Source: Candidatus Saccharimonadota bacterium (lineage in GTDB: Bacteria; Patescibacteriota; Saccharimonadia; Saccharimonadales; UBA4665). Taken from it: a DNA stretch of 32,000 nt. Position numbers and translations under genes: made by a program. The notes beneath the pieces were generated by a model, which saw nothing but the letters and a program-made list of their open reading frames with translations, ran no database searches and was not told the origin of the DNA. Below, piece by piece: positions 1-9,482 of the stretch (position 1 is its first letter; each line of letters begins with the position of its first letter). The DNA is taken from NCBI GenBank assembly GCA_963716945.1, contig OY970322.1:1020001-1052000 (forward strand). Direction: 5' to 3'.

Positions 1-1057
1 GTTCAAGGCCAACCGCGTGTTGTCGGTCGAGATACTGAAGTCGGAGGCATTGAGCCACATCCAGACCAACAGTTTCCAGATTATCGCGTTGCTGGCCGGG
101 TTAATAGCCATTACCAGTTACGGTACGAGCGCCAGCCTGCTTTACCTGCTGCTAAGCTATACCCAAAACATCACCAACCAGGTACTGCAATTCAGCCGGT
201 TGGTCCGCAATATTAACCGCAGCCTTGGCGATTCGATAGAAATGACGGAGATCATGGGCATCCAGCCGGAAATACTGGACCCACCGCAACCGGAAACCGT
301 CCGCATGCGGCGCGGCCAGGTCAGGTTTAATGACGTGGCTTTCGCCTACCCGGAAAATACCGAGCAGCCGCTGTTCAAAGACCTGAACCTGGACATCAAG
401 CCCGGCGAGAAAGTCGGCCTGGTCGGCCCCAGCGGCGGCGGCAAGACCACCATCACGCAGTTGCTGTTGCGCTTCATGGACGTCCAAGGCGGCGCGATAA
501 CAATCGATGGCCAGAACATAGCCGCCGTCAAGCAGGCCGGCTTGCGATCGCGCATCGCTTACGTATCGCAGGAGCCGATCCTGTTCCATCGGACGCTGGC
601 CGAAAATATCGGCTACGGCAATCTGGAAGCCAAGCAGGACGTCATTGAGGCCGTAGCCAAAATGGCTAACGCCCACGAGTTCATCAGCCAGCTGCCCAAA
701 GGTTACGACACCCTGGTCGGCGAGCGCGGCGTCAAGCTGAGCGGCGGCCAGCGGCAGCGGGTGGCGATTGCCCGGGCCATGCTTAAGAACGCGCCGATCC
801 TGGTGCTGGACGAGGCGACATCGGCGCTGGACAGCGAGAGCGAGGTCCTGATTCAAGACGCCCTCTGGAAACTCATGGAAGGCCGGACGGCTATTGTCAT
901 CGCCCACCGTTTGAGCACGATTCAGAAGATGGACCGTATAATAGTACTTGACGAGGGCCGAGTGGTTGAACAGGGTTCGCACTCCGAGCTGCTGGCCAGG
1001 GACGGCACTTACGCCCGGCTGTGGGCGCACCAGTCCGGAGGTTTCATGAATGACTAA
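1..1057 (+). CDS. ABC exporter, fused permease-ATPase (type I exporter, MsbA/ABCB-like); 5' end cut by the window edge
   Basis: The frame is open from nt 2. The C-terminal NBD has Walker A GPSGGGKTT, signature LSGGQRQR, Walker B ILVLDEATSALD and H-loop IAHRLST. Stop is TAA at 1055-1057. Confidence 0.9.
   Translation, partial: FKANRVLSVEILKSEALSHIQTNSFQIIALLAGLIAITSYGTSASLLYLLLSYTQNITNQVLQFSRLVRNINRSLGDSIEMTEIMGIQPEILDPPQPETVRMRRGQVRFNDVAFAYPENTEQPLFKDLNLDIKPGEKVGLVGPSGGGKTTITQLLLRFMDVQGGAITIDGQNIAAVKQAGLRSRIAYVSQEPILFHRTLAENIGYGNLEAKQDVIEAVAKMANAHEFISQLPKGYDTLVGERGVKLSGGQRQRVAIARAMLKNAPILVLDEATSALDSESEVLIQDALWKLMEGRTAIVIAHRLSTIQKMDRIIVLDEGRVVEQGSHSELLARDGTYARLWAHQSGGFMND
714..843 (+). repeat. 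130-nt tract identical to 4256-4385 (within the NBD of ABC paralog 1)
   Basis: Base-by-base comparison of tggtcggcgagcgcggcgtcaagctgagcggcggccagcggcagcgggtggcgattgcccgggccatgcttaagaacgcgccgatcctggtgctggacgaggcgacatcggcgctggacagcgagagcga. Confidence 0.9.
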
Positions 1058-2825
1058 GCAGAAACAATACTACTCGATGCGGTCATATTTCAGCTACCTC
1101 AGCGATTATAAGTGGCGTTGCCTGATGGTTTTTGCCGCCTTTATGGTCAGCGATATATTGCTGGCCGTTATTCCGGTGTTCATCGGTAAGCTGGTCGGCG
1201 TGCTGGCGCACAACCCGATTAACAGCCACCAGGCATACATATACGTTTGGATACTTATCGGCTGCAGCGTAGGCCATAATTTCGAGTGGCGTTTCGTGGG
1301 CGAACTGTCATTCTTGAAGCTGCTCAACCCGGTTAGCCATAACTACGAAAGCCTGGTCTTCAGACAGGTTATTCAGAAACCGTACCCCTACTTCGTCGAC
1401 AAATTCACCGGCAAGGTCTCGTCTTACGTCGCTTTGATCGGCCAAGAGATCAAAGACTTGATGGAGAAGATTTTTTGGGATTACGCCAACCAGCTGATCA
1501 GCCTGATAACCGTCAGCATAATATTAACGGCCGTGGATTGGCAAACCGGGCTCATCTTCATAGGCGGCCTGCTAATGATGCTGCTGGTCGGCAGCTATAC
1601 CATTCGCAACAGCACGAAATACGAAAAAAAGGTGGCTGACGTCCAGTCCACCAAGAACGGCAAAATCGTCGACGCCATTGCCAATTTCGTCAACGTCAAA
1701 TCTTTCCAAAAAGAGAGTTCCGAAATCCAAACCATAGAAGCCGAACAGGCCAAAACCATAGCCACCGATAATAAGTCCTTCGTCTGGAATATGGTGTTTT
1801 GGGGATCGATGTCCTTTTTCGTCAGGGACGCTATGTGGCCGGCGACCATAGCCCTAAACGTTTACCTTTTTATTCATCACGAAATATCCATCGCCGCTTT
1901 GACGACGTTCTTATCGACCGTGCTGATATTCTCCACTTACGTCTGGGACATTATCTGGGATATTTCCCAGCTCAACCTCAAGCTGGCACGCTTGGAAGAA
2001 GCTCATATGTACCTGTTCGGCCCGGTCAATATAGTTCACCAGGCCCGTAACGAGCAGTCCCGCGAAGCGGCAGCCCGTATCTTCCAAAACGAATTGGACA
2101 TGCGGGATTTAAGTTTTGCCTACCCCGATAAAAAAGACGTCGCCGTGCTGGAAAACATTAACATAAAGCTCAAACGCGGTGAAAAACTCGGTATTGTCGG
2201 TAAAAGCGGTAGCGGCAAAACCACCTTGACCAAACTGCTGCTTGGCTACTATCCGGTCGAAACCGGCCAGATCCTCTTGGACGGCCAACCGATTAATACC
2301 AGCGACTTGTCGCACCTGATCTCTTACGTGCCGCAGGACACCAGCCTCTTCCATAGGAGCGTAGCCGACAATATCGCCTATGCTACCGATAATACGGTCG
2401 AGCGGCAAGACGTCATTAGGGCGGCCAAACAGGCCCATGCCGACGAATTCATAGTCCAGATCAGCGAAGGCTATGATGCCCTGGTCGGCGAACGGGGCGT
2501 CAAGTTATCGGCCGGGCAGCGGCAGCGTATCGCTATTGCCCGGGCCTTCCTGGACGACAAGCCGATCCTGGTGCTGGACGAAGCTACCAGCGCCTTGGAC
2601 TCGGAGAGCGAGCTCCTGGTCCAGCAGGCGCTTGAGGCCTTGTGGCAGGACAAAACGGTTGTCGCTATAGCCCACCGCCTATCGACCCTGCAGCATATGG
2701 ATAAGATTCTGGTAATTGACAAAGGCCGGATTATCGAACAAGGCAGCCACCGGGAATTGATAGATAAGAAAGGTAAGTACGCCAGCTTGTGGGCCCACCA
2801 GTCCGGAGGTTTCATCAATGACTAG
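1050..2825 (+). CDS. ABC exporter, fused permease-ATPase (591 aa), paralog 2 with variant signature motif LSAGQ
   Basis: An N-terminal ~330 aa multi-TM domain is followed by an NBD with Walker A GKSGSGKTT, LSAGQRQR, ILVLDEATSALD and IAHRLST. The ATG at 1050 overlaps the upstream stop by 8 nt (ATGACTAA). GGAGG at 1037-1041 lies 8 nt upstream. Confidence 0.9.
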   Translation: MTKQKQYYSMRSYFSYLSDYKWRCLMVFAAFMVSDILLAVIPVFIGKLVGVLAHNPINSHQAYIYVWILIGCSVGHNFEWRFVGELSFLKLLNPVSHNYESLVFRQVIQKPYPYFVDKFTGKVSSYVALIGQEIKDLMEKIFWDYANQLISLITVSIILTAVDWQTGLIFIGGLLMMLLVGSYTIRNSTKYEKKVADVQSTKNGKIVDAIANFVNVKSFQKESSEIQTIEAEQAKTIATDNKSFVWNMVFWGSMSFFVRDAMWPATIALNVYLFIHHEISIAALTTFLSTVLIFSTYVWDIIWDISQLNLKLARLEEAHMYLFGPVNIVHQARNEQSREAAARIFQNELDMRDLSFAYPDKKDVAVLENINIKLKRGEKLGIVGKSGSGKTTLTKLLLGYYPVETGQILLDGQPINTSDLSHLISYVPQDTSLFHRSVADNIAYATDNTVERQDVIRAAKQAHADEFIVQISEGYDALVGERGVKLSAGQRQRIAIARAFLDDKPILVLDEATSALDSESELLVQQALEALWQDKTVVAIAHRLSTLQHMDKILVIDKGRIIEQGSHRELIDKKGKYASLWAHQSGGFIND

Positions 2826-4599
2826 GCTTAACACCACGCCGCCGATCGAATCGCCGAATTGGAAAACGCTGGGCCTCTACGCGCGCTACTGGCGGCGCTA
2901 CCCGCTGCTGCTGGCGGGTTCGTTCTTGTTCAGTCTGGGCATGGCCTTGAAAGCCACGATGGTGCCGCTGCTGGTGGCCTTGTCGCTGAACCAGCTCATC
3001 AACCACCACGTCATAAACGTCGGCCTGCTGGTGTTCGCCGGCTTCTTCCAGTTCGCTTCGGTGGCGGTTAACCACGCGCTCGATTATTATTGCGTCGCCG
3101 TGCTGCACGATAAGGTCGTCGAAGACCTCTATGACGACTGTTTCGAGTATCTGGCGTACCAGGATTACGCGTTTTTCGCCGATAATTTCAGTGGTTCGAT
3201 CGTTACCCAGGCCAGCCGGTTCGCCAAGGTCTATACGACCTTTAACGACACCGTTTTCTTCGACCTTATACCGCAGGTTGTCATAGTTTTAATCTCCGCC
3301 GGCATCATGGCTTATTACAGCCCGTTTATCGGTTTGGCCACCTTCGCCCTTTGGCTGGCTTCGACCGTGCTGGTCGTTAAATTCGCTTTGTCGCGGCTGC
3401 CGATACGGCGTACGGCCGTGGCCAAAGAGAGCGAACAGGTCGGCGAGCTGGCCGATACCATCACCAATGCCCTGACCGTAAAAACTTTCGCCGCCGAGGA
3501 CCGTGAAATCGAACGCTACCGGCAACTTAACCGGGTCCGCGCCGGACTATTTCTGAAAAGCTGGCAACGGGCCGTCCGCAACGGCTTCATCATCGAGCTG
3601 TTGTGCGGGGTTTTGCAAATGTTTGTCTTCGTCGGCGGCATCATAGCCGTCTATCGCGGCAGCTTGGGCATAGCTACGTTCCTGCTGTTCCAGGTTTACA
3701 TATTGCGGATCATTGAGAACCTGCGCAGCAGCACGTTCGTGGTCCGGCAGTTGGAGGTCGTGTCCGGCGACGGCCAGGAAATGACCGAACTGCTCGAACA
3801 GCCGCCGGTCGTGCAGGACAAGCCATTCGCCGAAAAGTCCGGTATCAGGCGCGGCGCCATCAGCTTCAGCGGCATGACTTTTCAGTACAGCGACGACCGC
3901 AGCGACGACGCCCTGTTCGACGGCTTCAGCCTGGACATCAAGAGCGGCGAGAAGATCGGCCTGGTCGGCCCCAGCGGCGGCGGCAAGACCACTATTACCC
4001 GGCTATTGCTGCGCTTCACCGACATTCAGGGCGGCTCGATTACCATTGACGGCCAGGATATCCGCGCCATCAAGCAGCAGGACCTGCGCCGGACCATAGC
4101 CTATGTGCCCCAGGAGCCGCTGCTCTTCCACCGCTCTATCAAAGAAAATATCAGGTATGGCAAACCTTCGGCGACCGATGCCGAAATCACGGCCGTGGCC
4201 AAGAAGTCATTCGCCCACGGTTTCATCGCCGGTCTGCCGGACGGCTATGACACGATGGTCGGCGAGCGCGGCGTCAAGCTGAGCGGCGGCCAGCGGCAGC
4301 GGGTGGCGATTGCCCGGGCCATGCTTAAGAACGCGCCGATCCTGGTGCTGGACGAGGCGACATCGGCGCTGGACAGCGAGAGCGAACACCTTATCCAAAA
4401 AGCCCTATGGGAGCTGATGAAAGACAAGACGGCCGTCGTCATTGCCCACCGCCTGAGCACGATCCAGCGGATGGACCGGATCGTCGTATTGGATGACGGC
4501 CGGATTATAGAAGAGGGTTCACACAAGGATCTGCTCAAGCACAACGGCCTCTACGCCAAGCTGTGGACCCACCAGTCCGGCGGCTTTATAGAAGACTGA
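2818..4599 (+). CDS. ABC exporter, fused permease-ATPase (593 aa), paralog 3
   Basis: TM domain plus NBD with GPSGGGKTT, LSGGQRQR, ILVLDEATSALD and IAHRLST. The ATG at 2818 overlaps the upstream stop by 8 nt (ATGACTAG). GGAGG at 2805-2809 lies 8 nt upstream. Confidence 0.9.
   Translation: MTRLNTTPPIESPNWKTLGLYARYWRRYPLLLAGSFLFSLGMALKATMVPLLVALSLNQLINHHVINVGLLVFAGFFQFASVAVNHALDYYCVAVLHDKVVEDLYDDCFEYLAYQDYAFFADNFSGSIVTQASRFAKVYTTFNDTVFFDLIPQVVIVLISAGIMAYYSPFIGLATFALWLASTVLVVKFALSRLPIRRTAVAKESEQVGELADTITNALTVKTFAAEDREIERYRQLNRVRAGLFLKSWQRAVRNGFIIELLCGVLQMFVFVGGIIAVYRGSLGIATFLLFQVYILRIIENLRSSTFVVRQLEVVSGDGQEMTELLEQPPVVQDKPFAEKSGIRRGAISFSGMTFQYSDDRSDDALFDGFSLDIKSGEKIGLVGPSGGGKTTITRLLLRFTDIQGGSITIDGQDIRAIKQQDLRRTIAYVPQEPLLFHRSIKENIRYGKPSATDAEITAVAKKSFAHGFIAGLPDGYDTMVGERGVKLSGGQRQRVAIARAMLKNAPILVLDEATSALDSESEHLIQKALWELMKDKTAVVIAHRLSTIQRMDRIVVLDDGRIIEEGSHKDLLKHNGLYAKLWTHQSGGFIED
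4256..4385 (+). repeat. 130-nt tract identical to 714-843 (within the NBD of ABC paralog 3)
   Basis: This is the same string as 714-843. The flanks diverge immediately: ccc vs cga on the 5' side, ggtcc vs acacc on the 3' side. Confidence 0.9.
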
Positions 4600-5104
4600 T
4601 TACGCGCGGGCCGGGGCCGGCTGCCGGCTTGACGCCTACCTGTTGCCGCCACTCCCTATAAACCAGCCATATAATAATAGCGTCCAGAACCGTCAGGAAA
4701 GCCATGCCGAAAGTCGGCTTGGCGGCCAGTAAGTAAGCTTGGTAAACCAAGAAAACGCCCAGCACGCCGATCGCCCAAGGATAGGCCCACAGTTTATTGA
4801 GAAGCAGGCAAACCACCAACACGACCTTGACCAAGCCGTGGGTCAGCAGGAACGCCGCCGCGAACAAATTATGGCCGCCGGCCAAATGGTTGCCGAGCTT
4901 GAGCACATGAGTCGCGATAATATTATGCGGGTTCTCCTGCAGCGCGTCCTGGGTCAAGAAATTGGTCACGTTAGTGATGGTATGCGGGTTGAGCAGCAGG
5001 ACCAAAGCCCCGCCGACCAGTTCCAGTACGCCGTCAATACCCTTGATGATGATACCGACCTCGTAAGCTTTGTCGAGCAGCGTCTTGGGATGAAACAACT
5101 TCAT
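4586..5104 (-). CDS. Small integral membrane protein, DUF2127-like (about 4 TM)
   Basis: 172-aa ORF with four hydrophobic segments. The C-terminal pattern (WAYPWA...VYQAYLL...LTVLDAIIIWLVYREW) matches my recollection of the DUF2127 family. Its 3' end overlaps the convergent ABC gene by 14 nt. Confidence 0.6.
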   Translation of the reverse strand: MKLFHPKTLLDKAYEVGIIIKGIDGVLELVGGALVLLLNPHTITNVTNFLTQDALQENPHNIIATHVLKLGNHLAGGHNLFAAAFLLTHGLVKVVLVVCLLLNKLWAYPWAIGVLGVFLVYQAYLLAAKPTFGMAFLTVLDAIIIWLVYREWRQQVGVKPAAGPGPRVISLL

Positions 5105-5149
5105 GGACTCAAATACTATAGCACGAGCGTTATGGGCGGTTAAGGCAGC

Positions 5150-5905
5150 CTAGTCGGCTTTGGCTTCGGCGTCAGGCTTGGTCTCGGCGTCCGGGGACTG
5201 GCCGTCGGACTTCGTCTCGCCCTTTTCGCCTTCGGCAGCTCCGGCCTCGGCTTCACCCTCGCCGGCTTCGCCTTCTTCGGCCGGGACTTCTTCCTCGGCG
5301 TCGCCGCCGGCAGCGTCATTGGCGGCCGCCAGCGCGCTCGGTTCATAAACCGTGGCAATGGCGTGTTCGACGGCCGTTTCCAGCTCTACGCCTTCGGGAA
5401 TCGTCAGGTCGCCGACCGTGACGTGGTCGCCGACTTCAACCAGCTTTTCGGCGTCGTAGTCCAAGAAATCAGGCAGTTTCGTAGCGATAGCCTTGACCTG
5501 GACGGTTTCGAGCTGGGCCAGCACGATCAGGCCGTTGCGTTCGGCCGGACTGGACTCGTTGCCTTCGTCATAGCGCGGCCGGATCGGGATTTCGGCGTCG
5601 ACTTTCTGGTTCTTGTCGACGGCGTTGAAGACGACATGGGTCAGCAGGTGCTTCTTGGGGTCGAATTCGGCGGTTTTGATAAGGGCGACGAAGCTCTGGT
5701 CGCCGGCCTTAAGCTCGATCGGATGGTGTTTGCCGGCCTGCCGCCAGACCTTGAGCATGGCAACGCCGTTGCCTTGGACATGCAGCGAAGCTTTGCCGTG
5801 GTCATGGATGACGGCCGGAATCTGGCCTTCGCGGCGCAAGTGTTTGACGGCCTTGCCGGTTACGGTACGCGGCTCAAGGGTCAGGCTGATGGAATCTTGG
5901 GACAT
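5150..5905 (-). CDS. rplY: 50S ribosomal protein L25 / general stress protein Ctc, with an acidic low-complexity C-terminal tail
   Basis: Starting at Met99 of the 349-aa ORF, the sequence MSQDSISLTLEPRTVTGKAVKHLRREGQIPAVIHDHG... is a typical L25/Ctc N-terminus. AAGAAGAGGT lies 9-18 nt upstream of the ATG at 5905. The upstream 98 codons overlap the divergent dedA region and look non-coding. Confidence 0.85.
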   Translation of the reverse strand: MSQDSISLTLEPRTVTGKAVKHLRREGQIPAVIHDHGKASLHVQGNGVAMLKVWRQAGKHHPIELKAGDQSFVALIKTAEFDPKKHLLTHVVFNAVDKNQKVDAEIPIRPRYDEGNESSPAERNGLIVLAQLETVQVKAIATKLPDFLDYDAEKLVEVGDHVTVGDLTIPEGVELETAVEHAIATVYEPSALAAANDAAGGDAEEEVPAEEGEAGEGEAEAGAAEGEKGETKSDGQSPDAETKPDAEAKAD

Positions 5906-5942
5906 GGAATAAATACCTCTTCTTATTGAAAGCTTTCCATCC

Positions 5943-5951
5943 ATTATAACA
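5943..5951 (-). promoter_or_regulatory. Extended -10 promoter TGTTATAAT for rplY
   Basis: Minus-strand TGTTATAAT at 5951-5943. A 37-nt leader follows, containing AAGAAGAGGT. Confidence 0.5.
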
Positions 5952-5996
5952 GATATGGCTGGACGGTACAGGCATAAACCGCTAAGCTTGAGGGAC

Positions 5997-6605
5997 ATGC
6001 TAAACGTCACCCACATCATCCAAGCCGGCGGCCTGGCCCTGATTGCCGCCCTTATCTTCGGTGAGTCGGGCATGTTTATCGGTTTTTTCTTCCCGGGCGA
6101 CACGCTTTTGTTGAGCGCCGGGGTTTTTGCGGCGACCGGCAAACTGCCGCTGCTGCCGACGATCCTGGTCATCGCCGTGGCCGCCATTCTCGGCGACAAT
6201 ACCGGCTACCATATCGGCAAACGTTATGGCCGGCGGCTGTTCCGCAAACCCGACGGCGTCGTCTTCCGGCAGCAATATGTCCAGCAGGCCGAGGACTTCT
6301 ATGAACGCCACGGCAGCAAAACCATGCTAATCGCCCACTTCGTGCCGATTGTCAGGACTTTCGCCCCGGCCGTGGCCGGCGTCGCCAAGATGGACTACCG
6401 GCAGTTTTTCGCTTTTGACGCCGTTGGCGACACCGCCTGGGCGGCGGTCGTGACCCTAATCGGTTACTGGTTCGGCCGGCGCATCCCCAACCTGGACCAT
6501 TACATCATGCTGGCCGTGGCGGCCGTCGTGGTTATCACGCTGGGGCCGACCTTTTATCATTTAGCCAAAGCAATCATCAACAGCCGCCGGAACCGTCCAA
6601 GCTAG
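5997..6605 (+). CDS. DedA family (SNARE-associated/VTT domain) membrane protein
   Basis: Motifs FGESGMFIGFFFPGDTLLLSAG and GDNTGYHIGKRYGRRLF are typical of DedA. GAGGG lies just upstream of the ATG at 5997. The in-frame ATG at 5955 is an alternative start. Confidence 0.8.
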   Translation: MLNVTHIIQAGGLALIAALIFGESGMFIGFFFPGDTLLLSAGVFAATGKLPLLPTILVIAVAAILGDNTGYHIGKRYGRRLFRKPDGVVFRQQYVQQAEDFYERHGSKTMLIAHFVPIVRTFAPAVAGVAKMDYRQFFAFDAVGDTAWAAVVTLIGYWFGRRIPNLDHYIMLAVAAVVVITLGPTFYHLAKAIINSRRNRPS

Positions 6606-6609
6606 GTTT

Positions 6610-9420
<2,811 letters not shown>

Positions 9421-9444
9421 TTTTCTCCCTTTGCAAGGTTCTCA

Positions 9445-9473
9445 ATTATACAGAAAAAGTCCGGCTTTTTCCA
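9445..9473 (-). promoter_or_regulatory. uvrA promoter TGGAAA-17-TATAAT
   Basis: On the minus strand, TGGAAA is at 9473-9468 and TATAAT at 9450-9445. AGGGAG SD and a GTG start follow. Confidence 0.5.
9453..9471 (-). terminator. Weak A/T-rich hairpin GAAAAAG-ccgga-CTTTTTC downstream of the 736-aa gene
   Basis: Perfect 7-bp inverted repeat with a 5-nt loop, 12 nt after the stop codon. It overlaps the uvrA -35. Only 2 G:C pairs, so it is a poor intrinsic terminator. Confidence 0.3.
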
Positions 9474-9482
9474 GCGCTTAGA

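Noticed and set aside
152-1030. Long antisense or alternate-frame ORFs, for example 152-1030(-), 5363-5929(+), 6631-7527(+), 8449-9180(+), 12423-13496(+), 14833-15738(+), 16133-17140(+), 18612-19376(+), 19871-20668(+), 27371-28249(+), 28393-28980(+) and 31024-31674(+).
   Set aside because: Each lies fully inside a confidently identified gene on the other strand or frame. Their translations are low-complexity and R/A/G/P-rich, as expected for shadow ORFs in GC-rich DNA, and none has a recognisable motif or SD.
714-4385. Identical 130-nt blocks considered as mobile-element ends or CRISPR-like repeats.
   Set aside because: Both copies are in frame inside homologous NBD coding sequence. There are only two copies, with no spacers, no terminal inverted repeats and no transposase.
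5926-5950. Plus-strand TTGAAA...TATAAC as the dedA promoter.
   Set aside because: The spacer is only 13 nt. The TATAAC bases are better explained as the complement of the minus-strand TGTTATAAT promoter of rplY. The dedA promoter remains unidentified.
5906-6199. 98-codon N-terminal extension of the L25/Ctc ORF (ORF 5150-6199).
   Set aside because: The L25 homology starts at Met99 (5905), which has a good SD. The extension overlaps the divergent dedA gene and its promoter region, and it translates to implausible sequence.
9421-9482. Possible LexA/SOS box upstream of uvrA.
   Set aside because: No GAAC-N4-GTTC, CTGT-N8-ACAG or similar palindrome is present. Only a single GAAC half-site occurs near the -10.
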